A stretch of 63,322 bases of DNA, filler included, from Octopus bimaculoides (GCF_001194135.2; 9 parts of 8 records of this genome joined end to end with filler, not necessarily neighbours in it); one strand, 5' to 3'; shown: positions 40,501 through 52,820, counted from the first letter of the whole stretch. Numbers and translations are program-made. Notes: generated by a model not told the origin, from the letters alone.

Positions 40501-41839
40501 CACTGATCTCAGACGAGAACATTGCAAAAATGGTCTTTTGATGTGGCCATTATTTCTTGTACGGACCTGTTGTATTTATCTTTTCACAGAGTTGTTCACT
40601 TTGTGTGGTTTGGGAAGACGCTTGTACTGACTCATATTTATCAGCTTTGTGATATTGTCTTCGGTTTTCTCATTGATTCAGTCAGTTCGTCCGCATCACA
40701 GATTATATTTGGTCTGTCATGTTGAGTGTCATTTTATTTCTTGATTTTTTTTTTTACATCAATATTTGCTTGACTATGTGTGTTGTTTATTATTAGCAGT
40801 GTGATGAAAACTATTCCTGGGTTGGATAGTTGTGCAGAGATTTTGCTTTCGTAATTTTATTTATTTTTTTTTTCTATACTCTGATATGATCTGTGAGATA
40901 TAATGCCTGATGTGTGACTTTTACTTGATTGTAGCCCATTCTTTTGTGTTCCTAGGTGCTTAATTTTATTTTTCATTGTTTATTATCGTTGAGGTTTTGT
41001 ATTTCGGTTTTGAAAACCTTTTTTTTTTTTCGTGCAGGAACGTTCGCCAGACGTTTGCAAATGTGCGTTTTTGTGTGATTTTTTTTCCCTAATAACTATA
41101 TTATTTTCCCTCAATGTCTACTTATTGTTGTGTGCTTTGTGCATGGTGTTGCAGTGTAGACTGTATATAATACAACAACCATCTGTCAATTTTCTTTTGG
41201 TTTGCGGTTTCGTTTGGGCAGTGACATTAAGAGATCTGTGTGTCTGCTCAGTATTACTGAGCAACATTTGTCATATCTTGATTGCCTGAGAGCAACAGGT
41301 CGAAATTCATCACTACTGTTTCTATTGTTTTGTATCAGATTTTTTCTCTGTTACAAATTAAGCGTGTTGCATTTCTTTATTTATTGAGTTTAAATTGTTC
41401 AAAAACTGTGTTCAACGTTTATTCTGTTTACTTATGGAAGTTTGTACGTGTTCGGGATTGACTTCCAGACACATTATATTTGTTGATGAATAAGCAAGAA
41501 ACAGTAGCGTGTATATGCGTAGAAATCTAAATGCGTATGCAATGAATGTGATTAATTTTATTAACGCTGGTACTCACAGACTTTGTATAGTCATCTAGCT
41601 GCACCACTGCACCACATGTTGTTTACATTTTTACCCACGATTTGATGAGATAACATGTCTGACAGTATTTATGCTTCATATGAGAGAACTCTCCAGATTT
41701 CCTGAAACGACTTACGTTGAAAAATGATATTCTCTCATTTTTTTGCTGTTTATGAAGTCACTTTTGGCGATGGTCTCAGATTAATCATCCCGCGCAGGGT
41801 GCACGCTGATGCATGTTCATTATGTTCGTTATTCGAAAT

Positions 41840-42405
41840 ATATTTTCATTATTATTTCCTGTTGTTATTCTCCAGTTACATTTGCATTTTTGTTAACCTT
41901 CCCACCGAGTCTCAGCCAAGTACGTAAGATACGTGTATTTAAAGTGGAAGAAAAACCTTTCGTGAAGGTGGACGGTTGATGCCAGCACAATTTTTTGAAC
42001 ATCGTAGATTGGGTGTTTACCTAGGACCTGGTAAAAATAACATTTTGTAGTACTTTTCTGGGCCACTCTTAGATCACCCATTACAGAAGGATAGCTTTCG
42101 TTTTTATTTGCCAGATCCATTATATCTCAATCGACAGGTTTCAAATTGCTTTGCTGAGATGTTTCTACCAGTAGGCACTCTCGTGTCAATTCTTAGTAGT
42201 TTGATGACGATATTTGGTTTTTTATCGTGTATTCGCGTTTGTGTATGTATCCCATAATCTCATTGGATAATAACATTTTCCGTTCCAGTGCCCGACTATG
42301 GATTGTGCTCATACGAGTTCTTAGAGTACAAGCTATCATAGTGAAGGAATATTCTCCGATAAATATGCCTGGTTTTATATTATTCAGAATATACATTTTC
42401 AAGAC
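41840..42405 (-). mobile_element. R4/Dong-clade non-LTR retrotransposon 3' fragment (restriction-like endonuclease region, decayed)
   Basis: Minus translation YEHNP*SGTGTENVIIQ*DYGIHTQTRIHDKKPNIVIK...DTRVPTGRNISAKQFE, then VMGDLRVAQK...IYDVQKIVLASTVHL. Matches the R4-clade pattern (LWD..I.TD....N+PDIV.K / D..IP...N...KE..K..KY / QK..L.GT..IL). Confidence 0.75.
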
Positions 42406-42432
42406 TTATTATTATTATTATTATTATTATTA

Positions 42433-42960
42433 CTGAGTTAAAGAGAAGAGGATGCCATCAAAGTGACACCGGACTAAAATATGCGAAGCGTAGTATACCC
42501 ATCATGCCTACTCACCTGATAAGAGTACACTAGGCACATGCCATATGGGCACAACATGGTGATCTCATATCAAGTTAAGCAGCGCGTGACCTCGCAGGAG
42601 GGGCTCAGTTAGAATTTTCTACACGACAAGTAGCCCATCCTACTCTAATGGTCCTTGAATAAGGAATATATTAGGATATTGAACGAAACACCCGTGTTTC
42701 CATGGGTGAATTTTCCAAACACCAAAGAATTCGTCTCAGCACATGTGTATGATGCTGGTGATCAGAGATGAACATGTCGTCAGTCACTAAGGGACATGCT
42801 GAACTGGTTAATGTCAAGCAACTGACAAGCAAATATTGCGCAGAATATTTGCTGTAGCCCATCATTTATACGAAGAAAAAACATGTACATGAAAAAAACT
42901 TTCAATCAGTTAAGATGAGAATATTTGAGAACCCCTGCCTAGTACAGCATCAGGGTATTT
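42433..42960 (-). mobile_element. ~530-bp non-coding element embedded in (ATT)n, probable non-autonomous retroposon
   Basis: Sharp boundaries against (ATT)n on both sides (42407-42432 and 42961-43033); ends CTCAGT(AAT)n on the minus strand like R4 tails. I recall it as an abundant octopus repeat, but there is only one copy here. Confidence 0.5.
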
Positions 42961-42961
42961 A

Positions 42962-43035
<74 letters not shown>

Positions 43036-43053
43036 CTCTACGCCATATGCCAC

Positions 43054-43366
43054 GGGCATATGGAGTAGTGGTTAAGAGCGCGGGCGACTAACCCCGAGAT
43101 TCCGAGTTCGATTCCAGTCAGTGACCTGAATAGTAGTAGTAGTAGTAGTAATAATAATAATATTAATAACAACAACAACAACACCATCGAAACATACCTT
43201 AGGAATGAGAACCCAGGTTCGAAATTTCCCCAAAACACCTGATGAAGGCTGAAGGATATATCAGCCGAAATGTTGCGTTAACAACAAACAAGATGAGGAA
43301 GAATATCCGGCAATTTTACATAGTATAAATAATGTACATAATTCATCATCGCTTAAATATAGAACA
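43054..43366 (+). mobile_element. tRNA-headed SINE with Penelope-like 3' part
   Basis: Head GGGCATATGGAGTAGTGGTTAAGAGCGCGGGCGACTAACCCCGAGATTCCGAGTTCGATTCCAG (A box 43061-43071, B box about 43104-43115), (TAG/TAA/CAA)n linker, then a hammerhead-bearing body. Confidence 0.75.
43234..43279 (+). ncRNA. Minimal type I hammerhead ribozyme fold (Penelope-type variant)
   Basis: AACAC-CTGATGA-A-GGCTGA-aggatata-TCAGCC-GAAA-TG-TT-GCGTT: conserved core, 6-bp helix II, helix I AACAC/GCGTT (4 of 5 pairs), 2-bp helix III remnant, GUU cleavage triplet. Confidence 0.65.
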
Positions 43367-43372
43367 TTATTG

Positions 43373-43442
<70 letters not shown>

Positions 43443-44112
43443 AAGTAGTAGTAGTAGTAGTAGTAGTACTAGTAGTAGAAGTCGTTCACACGGTAGCTGT
43501 TATATTGATTTCAATGAAAGAAAAAATGGTGTCATCAATATAAGTAATATCGTGAAATATATATTAAGATTAATTGACAAGACTAACAAACAGAGGAGTA
43601 ATGATTGCGATAATATCAATGAATATACGGACTAGGAAATAAACGTGTGAATAATATATAAGCGAAGCAAAATTGGAAATATTAATTTTGTCCTTCAATT
43701 AGATAACATAATTAACAATAAAACAATTATAATATTAACAACCCGTTCAGTTTTATGGCCGCTACTTAAACGACGATTGATTATTCATAGAACCGTGTTA
43801 CAATAAATGAAGTAATTGTTCATCAAATAAATATTTTCCTAGCGAGTTCTTAGCTGAAGCCATAAATGCACTGATTGTTTCAGAAGCTCTATTATCACCT
43901 GGATAGATTTCCATTAATAATGTTGTCTCTTAATATTATCGCCTGTTTCGTATGTCTTTAAGCTACATTTCGCACGATTCATAGAAAATTACGCTTGACA
44001 GATATAGTTTTGGAAGTTGTTTACCTTCATTGTGTTAGGAATAAAATTCATGCAGAAATTTACCGGCCTTCACACGGGGTTCCTGCAAATAACAGAAAAA
44101 AATATATATATA

Positions 44113-44285
44113 TGTTTCTACTATAGACGAAAGTCATGGAAGTTTGGATTTAAGGACTAGTCGATACGATTTTGGGTACTGGCACTAGTGTTCGACTTGC
44201 ACTTTTATTTACGCACAAAAACTGAATGGCAAATTCAACATTTGATGAATTTGAACTCAATACATAAGGACGCATAGAAAACTAC
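44113..44285 (-). mobile_element. Degenerate SINE family A
   Basis: GGACTAGTCGATAC...GTACTGGC...ACTTTTATTT...GAATGGCAAATTCAAC..TGAATTTGAACTCAATACATAAGGACG; cut by a gap. Confidence 0.55.
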
Positions 44286-44691
44286 AAATAATATATATAT
44301 ANNNNNNNNNNNNNNNNNNNNNNNNNNNNNNNNNNNNNNNNNNNNNNNNNNNNNNNNNNNNNNNNNNNNNNNNNNNNNNNNNNNNNNNNNNNNNNNNNNN
44401 NNNNNNNNNNNNNNNNNNNNNNNNNNNNNNNNNNNNNNNNNNNNNNNNNNNNNNNNNNNNNNNNNNNNNNNNNNNNNNNNNNNNNNNNNNNNNNNNNNNN
44501 NNNNNNNNNNNNNNNNNNNNNNNNNNNNNNNNNNNNNNNNNNNNNNNNNNNNNNNNNNNNNNNNNNNNNNNNNNNNNNNNNNNNNNNNNNNNNNNNNNNN
44601 NNNNNNNNNNNNNNNNNNNNNNNNNNNNNNNNNNNNNNNNNNNNNNNNNNNNNNNNNNNNNNNNNNNNNNNNNNNNNNNNNNNNNNNNNNN

Positions 44692-44724
<33 letters not shown>

Positions 44725-46544
44725 ACACTATTCATTGATAGTAATTTTTTAAGTTTATTCTGTTAGTCTCGCCCGCTGATAGCTTTTATTCGTATTAAGG
44801 TAAATTATATACGTTTCACTAAATCATCTATATTTCAACAGCAACTGAAATAGTAACTTCTATCTCCCTCTCTTTTTATATATGCATATTTGAATTTCCA
44901 GCCAGGGAAGGTTTGTTAAAACCTTTTAAGGAAGTTTAGCTTTCTTTCACTCATGCTTTGAAATAATTGTAATTCGAATGGCTGTGGACGAATAATGTAA
45001 TATTGTGTTACTCATTCATGTTTCTTCGGAAATATGGACTGATAATGCTGAGGAAGGCCAAACTTGGCAATTTTAAATTAAATTATTTTCTTCTTGAATT
45101 GATTTATTTACTTTGCAACTTAAATCAGAAAGTATAGTACACTATTAACTCAAAATAATTCTGTTCGTCTCTCTCGCTGAGAGCTTCTATTCGTAACGGT
45201 GAATTATAGATGTTACATTAAAGCATCTATGCTTCAAAATGCACAGAGATAGTAGTTTCTATCTCCCTCTTTTTGTATATATGAGTGTGTGTGCTCGCGC
45301 GTGTGCGTGTGTGCGCTCGCGCATGCGCGTGCGTGTAGTATATTATTGCTAAAATATATAACTAATTCATTATACAAACTGCCTTTCTATATGCAGTGAC
45401 AAATCAAGCAGAATATGTCTATTGTTATCGAGTATATTCAATCGTGATACACGGATAGTGTAACGTGTATGCTGGAAGTGCTATACACTGAGATTTTTAA
45501 TATCGGAAGGACATATCAATATTGTTACAATCAAAACAAACAAAGAAAATAAAAAGAAACATGAAAGGGAATATGAAAACAATAACCATCACGTTCTCTA
45601 CTTACATAATATGCAGCTATGTTCTTATCGCAATGCACGTGACTCTTTTACAACTTGCAGAAAAATTAAACGTCGATATTAATGGAAATCAAACAAGAAC
45701 ACTCTGGCGATTATTAAGGGTAACTCATAATAACTGGTTGTAATTTGCCGTCGATAGCAATGGACCTTTTTTTTTTATAAAAAGAAAATACTCGAAAAAG
45801 AACCAAGCACGCAGTCTAACAGGCCAAATATAAAAGCCTTCGCGAAGCAATAAACGGCTAAAACCATAATCTACCCATAAAACACTTAAAAATCCTTAAA
45901 TCAAAAGGATAATCCGAACAGTACAGAAACATCTATTCAAAAATAATTATTGCATTACATAACGCATGGTCTAAAATATGTTTTATAACAAATAAACCAT
46001 GTAGATTGTAATGTTGGTATTCGTTCAGTCAATAATGTGAGGATCAATAGCACATGATTTTTTTCATACCTATCCATTGAAATATCCATGTACAGTAATT
46101 ATGATCGAGCAAACCGTAGCGTTTATAAATAAATGAAATTATGATACCAGATCAAACAATGTTGACATATAAGAGAATTAAAAAACAAAAATATTCTAAA
46201 AGTGACATAGTTCAAAAGAGAACGAACGATTTGCTTGAGCATCGACCAGAAGGAAAAAAAAAACAAGAACCATAGTTCACTATATATATTATATGCACAT
46301 ACAAAGGAGCCATATTTAGAAAGCAACTGCCTGAGAGATTTAATCTGTTATATTAGCTGTTGTAATGTTAGCAGATGCAGTGCTTCTTCTGAAATGAGTA
46401 TATGTCCACAACCAGGCAGAATATAAACCAAGTGTGGAATTATAATTTGTAGAATTGTTAGAGACTTCCACCATATATTCTTCATCAAAATGAAGGAGTC
46501 ACTGTACCAAAATTTAAAAGTTTCATCTTCCTCCTCGTCATCAT

Positions 46545-46830
46545 TATTGTTTTCTCTTTATCATAGATTTTTTGGAGCACCTGGAGTCTTGCATGCGTAG
46601 CGGGCTTACTACCTGCACCCTACCGTACAAATCTATTCGTTCGTTTCAGCTATATAATACTTTCCTGATTATTCTGGCCGTGCCAAGGAAGCATACATTT
46701 TGTAACAGTTCTACTGGGCACATTATGCCAATTTCCTTTATATTCCTCTTGATGTCTACTGATAGTGTTACAAACAAGCCAACAATATTTGGCACTATCT
46801 TCGCTTTCTTCCAAAGGCGGGCTTTTTTTT
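46545..46830 (-). mobile_element. R4/Dong-clade LINE 3' end
   Basis: 46819-46646 translates RLWKKAKIVPNIVGLFVTLSVDIKRNIKEIGIMCPVELLQNVCFLGTARIIRKVLYS*, the typical R4 C-terminus (V.P.V.G..G.../LLQ...LLGTARI.RKVL), followed by a short UTR and decayed AAT tail. Confidence 0.85.
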
Positions 46831-47064
46831 CTTTTTTTGCTAAAGAGGGTTGTATCTATCTATCTGTTTACCTCTCTTCTTGGACTATTCGTTGGTCAAA
46901 GGCGCGTGCAACGTCAACTATATATAGCATATGCGGTGTACCTTATCCAGCACCGCTAGGTTCTCTTTGTTATTCTCTAGCATTGATCTGTTTGGATTGG
47001 GAAATTCCAGAAGATTCTGCTAGTCTCTGACCCTGCCACACTCTGCTATTCGTGCTCATACCGT

Positions 47065-47068
<4 letters not shown>

Positions 47069-47119
<51 letters not shown>
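47069..47119. repeat. (CT)n microsatellite
   Basis: Direct reading. Confidence 0.95.
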
Positions 47120-47120
<1 letters not shown>

Positions 47121-48631
47121 ACCTCTACTTTTCGCACAGTTTCCAATGTAGCACTTTTGCTACATGGTAGTTTCGCCACAACTTGTAGTGGCAACGCAAG
47201 AGCTGACTGCGCAGAAAACTACAATCTACTCTGCACAAACAGAGATACCTTCTGCTATTCAAGGAATTCAATACGGTTACATGTTTTTGTCCTTGCATAC
47301 GCGTTGGAGCTAGTCATTGGAAACCCCCAGGAAATTTTATATTTAATTCGTTGAAAATGCGAAACCATTTTATGTCTTGCCTTGCAAAAAATAAATTTCT
47401 CCATTTTCCAAAAGAGAAAGTTTTTCAGAAACTGATAGAAACCGCAGAAATCAATTTTTAGCAATCACCCATTGTATTTCACAAGAATTTCCGTCACCCC
47501 AAAAGAACCCTAATTTCACTGAAGAATTTGAACAAAACTCAAAAGAGAATCAGAAATCAGATGAAAGTAATACCGTGGAAAACGTCCAAGGAGATCAAAC
47601 AGGCTGGAAAACAAGTCCGTTTTAAGTGTAACTTAGTTCAAAATCTACAAGTCTTATTTCTGTGATTTGACTGATTTTCTACCCAAGAACAAAAATGTTT
47701 GACGAAATCAAATCAATAAAAGCATTATTTCAGATTGTCTGCCGTCACAGGCATAGGAAATTTTAACGAGGAGTTAGAAAATCGCATATCTATAGAAAAT
47801 GATGATCAAATCTGACATAATTGGATTTAAATAAATCCAAATTGCTACTTAGATGAATTTCGGAAGACACATTTAGAAGCACTGCTGAAATTTCTTCCAT
47901 GTTGTAGGACAGCCCTATAACGAATGTCAATAATATCTGGAATAACCTGACAAACTTCCAGCGAGAAGCTCTCCGTTATGCACGTAACTATGATTCTAAT
48001 GTCATGAAAATGGCAGATGAGGAGGAATGCTATTATAATTATATACAGGGATGAGAATATTTCAACTTGTGATATAGTTTTACGTAACAATCTTATGAAG
48101 TATTACTTGTCAATTGAAAACTCAATTACGGATACGAACTTGACAGTATAATTTTGGAAGAGGAGGGACACAATTTCATAAATGAGATTTTGAATGTTTG
48201 CAGAAATCTCGCATGTCAGTACAAATACGTTTTACCCTAATAAAAAAAAAATGGAATTTCAAATTATACACAAAATTTTCGAAAATTTCTTTTAATTTGC
48301 CCAAATTTGCAGTGGGTTCTAATATTGCACAGTCAAAATGTCGGAGATAACGGATGGCTTTTTATACCTTGCAGCAAAATACCTTCAAGCCAATAATTTT
48401 TTCAAGTATTAATACAGATTCAAAAACGTACATGTGTCTACACTATACCTCAAAATTGTGAGGTTGTATGAATACCTTTCAAAAGGCATGAATACCTTTT
48501 AAAAGCAGTTGAGCAAGAGTATTATATCAAATGTTTTGTAAATTCTTGAAGTTTGATTTAACAAATAAGAAAATGAGGTGCACAAGTTTACCATCAGATG
48601 AGCGTACTCCAATGTAAATACTATCCGACCC

Positions 48632-48964
48632 TTATTATCATTATTATTGTTACCATTATTATTATTATTGTTCAGTAGTTTTATTTTTATAACGTGCTTT
48701 CACTTCACTACCGAGCCCAGCTCTGTGCGCCTTGGGTATGTGCTGTGGTTTGCTGTGCAATTTTCTATATGTTATATATATTTGTAAGTCCTGGTGTTTT
48801 TGTTATGTATTTGTCTGAATATTTTTTTATTATACCTAAGGCACCTACTATGATAGGAATTGTGTCTGTTTTTAGACTCCACATTCGAGTTATCTCTATT
48901 TCCAGGTCTTTGTATTTTGAAAGTTTTTCCATTTCTTTTAGAGAAACGTTGTCATCTGCTGGTA
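48632..48964 (-). mobile_element. R4/Dong-clade LINE 3' end, young copy with internal deletion, cut by a gap
   Basis: Translates PADDNVSLKEMEKLSKYKDLEIEITRMWSLKTDTIPIIVGALGIIKKYSDKYITKTPGLTNIYNI*KIA. The expected LLGTAHIL motif is missing; UTR then (AAT)n tail. Confidence 0.9.
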
Positions 48965-49203
48965 NNNNNNNNNNNNNNNNNNNNNNNNNNNNNNNNNNNN
49001 NNNNNNNNTTAATTAATTAANNNNNNNNNNNNNNNNNNNNNNNNNNNNNNNNNNNNNNNNNNNNACGAGTACTTAAGACTATTGTATTCTATTCCCTGCA
49101 ACCGGAAAATTGTCAGTTTTGTTAACTGCTATCTATTTCATACCGTTTTCAGTTTGAACTGTTCCTCTTTCACCAACGAGCGTACATTTATATATATTTA
49201 TAT

Positions 49204-49244
<41 letters not shown>

Positions 49245-49246
<2 letters not shown>

Positions 49247-49530
49247 GGTGTGGTAATGAGTTTAAGTCCCAGCCACATGGTTTCGGGTTCAATCCCACTA
49301 CGTGGAACTTTGGGCAAGTGTTTCCTACTTTAACCTCGGGCCAATTAAAAGCTTTGAGAGTGGATTGGGAAGACGGAAACTAAAAGAATCCCATCGTGTA
49401 TATCTGTGTGTGTGTCTGTCTGTCTTCGTGTCTATCTTTGTCCTTCACCACCGCTTGACAACCAGAGTTGGTTTGTTTACGTCCTCTTCAACTAAAAATT
49501 TTTTAAGGCGATGCCCCTGCATGGCTAACA
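49245..49530 (+). mobile_element. SINE family B
   Basis: CCACATGGTTTCGGGTTCAATCCCACTACGTGGAACTTTGGGCAAGTG...CCTCGGGCC..GAGTGGATT...GACGGAAACT...CCACCGCTTGACAACC. Confidence 0.8.
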
Positions 49531-50947
49531 TCAACAATATATATATACACACACATACATACATACATACATAAAATACTCACACGCACATTTATATGTG
49601 TGTGGGGGGTACCATAGGGTATGAATTGTGATGGCTGTTATGCCGCTATTTCTAGCACATCGAGCAACTACGTAAAGGTCTCCTTCGTTTGTGTGACTTT
49701 GAACAGTGGGTCACCAAACAAGAAAATATCAAGCAGGATGGACGATAAGCTGCATATCCAATACTTCATTCTCTTGATTATTTATAAACCATGGAAATAA
49801 CACGTGGAAACAATTTCACTTTATAGATAAGATATCGTATTTCTCGGCATAAGGATTCAACGAGCATATTACATTCCACTAAAAGTGTTGTGTTTTATTC
49901 CACTGGAGCCGGCTGGACTCGAACAGTCATTGCAAGTCTAGTAAACTTGAAGATTAACTCCTAAAACGATCAGTAATAAAGATATGACAATGTGTAAAAA
50001 GATCAGGAAGAATCATACGGTATGTTCGTATAATGATATTTATGTTTCGATGGGTGGGCTGGTTAGTAATTATAGTACTTTCATGTTAATTTTACCCGGT
50101 GTTGCGGTCTACAGCCGATTAATTGAAAGCTGATATTAGAGTTCATTAAGGCTAACGATAGGAATATTAGACACTAACCTCGTATTAGATTCTTCTGCTG
50201 GTCACTGTTCTATTTTTTACAAACCAGCGAGGATGGTTCTGCATGGGTCATCGATTTGTTACAAATGTCGAACAAATCTCAACCACAGACTATATCTCAC
50301 GGCCTTAATCAAAAGGACATTGGAGACAGTAGAGAGGGATCGAGCTGGGCAATGCTTTTATTGGGGTGTCATTTTGGGGTCGTAGTTCTTCCCAGTTTTA
50401 CAATATATTAGCTTCTTGCTTTAATTCATGGCACTTTTGAAGAAGAATTATAATCGCCTGAGAATTTGCCTAGTAAATTTTTTTATTTACTAAAAAAATT
50501 CGAAACCTATAGGTCTAACCGTTAAAAATAAGGTAAAAGTTTTTATTTTTTTCTTCCCTTTGAAATGTTTTAACTTTGTGGTTTTCGGTCGTTTTTGACT
50601 GTCTTTTATCGTGTAGAAATTGCCTATTATAGGTAATTTCTCTTATATTTTATATTGAATCTAATATTCGGATGTTTTATTTTTTTTGGGTTTTTTTTTT
50701 ATCGCGCCCGATGATACGAAAGATCGAGTCGGATGTGATTTATACATTTAACGGAAAGGGACAAAATCCAATAAGGTTTGTCATTTAGTCTCATATTTTA
50801 CTGTTTCCTCGCCTCTCCACTGCGCTTCACAAGTTGGTAATATGCTGAGTTTTAGCATAGGCACGAGGCGTTATAATCGATTATATGCTATGGATGAATG
50901 AATGGGAGAGTTAACCCCGATTGGGTTTGAATCCAGAACGTAGAAGG

Positions 50948-51263
50948 AGCACTCCGTCAGTTACGACGACGAGGGTCCCAGCTGATACGATCAACGGGAC
51001 AGCTTGCTCGTGAAATTAACGTGCAAGTGACTGAGCAATCCACAGACACGTGTACCCCTAACGTAGTTCTCAAGGAGACTCAGTGTGACACATAGCGTGA
51101 CAAGGCCAGCTCTTTGAAATACATGTACTACTCATTTTTTGCCAGCTGAGTGGACTGGAGCAACGTGAAATAAAGTGTCTTGCTCAAGGACACAACGCGT
51201 CGCAGGGGAACTCACGACCTTACAATCGCGAGCCGAATGCCCTAACCACTAAGCCACGCGCCT
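50948..51263 (-). mobile_element. tRNA-derived SINE, family C variant
   Basis: Colinear with 31591-31913 along its whole length. Confidence 0.9.
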
Positions 51264-51416
51264 TCAGCAGTACGTAAAAAGACATAATAAAATACATTAA
51301 TGGAATTTGTAAAACTCTTTACAGATTTTGTAGCATAGACACAAGACCTTATATTCATTTATATACCATGGTTGGATGATAAGGAAAGCTATTCTGTGTT
51401 TGAACTTGAACCTAGA

Positions 51417-51494
51417 ATATTGGTTTTCAAATTTTGGCTTAAGGCCAACAAGTTCGGGAGAATGGGGTAAGTGTATCCCAGTGCTCAACTGGTA
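51417..51494 (-). mobile_element. SINE family A 3' end, cut by a gap
   Basis: TATTGGTTTTCAAATTTTGGCTTAAGGCCA...CCCAGTGCTCAACTGGTA. Confidence 0.7.
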
Positions 51495-52399
51495 NNNNNN
51501 NNNNNNNNNNNNNNNNNNNNNNNNNNNNNNNNNNNNNNNNNNNNNNNNNNNNNNNNNNNNNNNNNNNNNNNNNNNNNNNNNNNNNNNNNNNNNNNNNNNN
51601 NNNNNNNNNNNNNNNNNNNNNNNNNNNNNNNNNNNNNNNNNNNNNNNNNNNNNNNNNNNNNNNNNNNNNNNNNNNNNNNNNNNNNNNNNNNNNNNNNNNN
51701 NNNNNNNNNNNNNNNNNNNNNNNNNNNNNNNNNNNNNNNNNNNNNNNNNNNNNNNNNNNNNNNNNNNNNNNNNNNNNNNNNNNNNNNNNNNNNNNNNNNN
51801 NNNNNNNNNNNNNNNNNNNNNNNNNNNNNNNNNNNNNNNNNNNNNNNNNNNNNNNNNNNNNNNNNNNNNNNNNNNNNNNNNNNNNNNNNNNNNNNNNNNN
51901 NNNNNNNNNNNNNNNNNNNNNNNNNNNNNNNNNNNNNNNNNNNNNNNNNNNNNNNNNNNNNNNNNNNNNNNNNNNNNNNNNNNNNNNNNNNNNNNNNNNN
52001 NNNNNNNNNNNNNNNNNNNNNNNNNNNNNNNNNNNNNNNNNNNNNNNNNNNNNNNNNNNNNNNNNNNNNNNNNNNNNNNNNNNNNNNNNNNNNNNNNNNN
52101 NNNNNNNNNNNNNNNNNNNNNNNNNNNNNNNNNNNNNNNNNNNNNNNNNNNNNNNNNNNNNNNNNNNNNNNNNNNNNNNNNNNNNNNNNNNNNNNNNNNN
52201 NNNNNNNNNNNNNNNNNNNNNNNNNNNNNNNNNNNNNNNNNNNNNNNNNNNNNNNNNNNNNNNNNNNNNNNNNNNNNNNNNNNNNNNNNNNNNNNNNNNN
52301 NNNNNNNNNNNNNNNNNNNNNNNNNNNNNNNNNNNNNNNNNNNNNNNNNNNNNNNNNNNNNNNNNNNNNNNNNNNNNNNNNNNNNNNNNNNNNNNNNNN

Positions 52400-52448
<49 letters not shown>

Positions 52449-52559
52449 AACACACACACAAACACATGCACATTCATACACGTGTGTGTGCATAGTTGTG
52501 TGTGTTACCGTTCCCTTGCTTTGATAACGCGGGATAATTGTTAGTGAGTGTCACTGTTC

Positions 52560-52820
52560 TGTAAGCGGTGTCCTTTGTTTTCCATCTTCTATAAAGACAT
52601 GTCTGGCTACGAGGAAATATAACCATATTTGAAAACGGGTGAAGGCTGGATACTGGAAAGGCATCCAGGTATATAAAATGTGTCCCCACTAAATTCGGTA
52701 GGACCCGTGCAAGCATGGAAGACTGAACGTTAAAACGGTGGTTGATTTGTTCGACTAAAACCCTTTAAGGTAGTGCTCCAGCATGGCCGCAGTCAAATGG
52801 CTGAAACAAGTAAAAGAATA
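52560..52820 (+). mobile_element. RTE-like 3' tail followed by a SINE family B 3' end
   Basis: GGAAAGGCATCCAG...ACCCGTGCAAGCATGGAAGACTGAACGTTAAAACG resembles the RTE terminus at 61170-61227 and 61691-61850; GATTTGTTCGACTAAA...CTCCAGCATGGCCGCAGTCAAATGGCTGAAACAAGTAAAAG is a family B tail. Confidence 0.6.

Noticed and set aside
45043-45072. CTGAGGA..GCCA-AACT-TGGC hammerhead-like start
   Set aside because: The helix is followed by AATT rather than GAAA, so the core is incomplete.
46572-47030. 152-aa plus-strand ORF, and the 108-aa ORF at 48694-49020
   Set aside because: Antisense shadows of R4/Dong coding fragments on the minus strand.
50228-50415. 62-codon open frame after a plausible acceptor (EDGSAWVIDLLQMSNK...)
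   Set aside because: It overlaps what looks like a decayed copy of the GCTAGAAACAGCAGCCAAATC repeat family.
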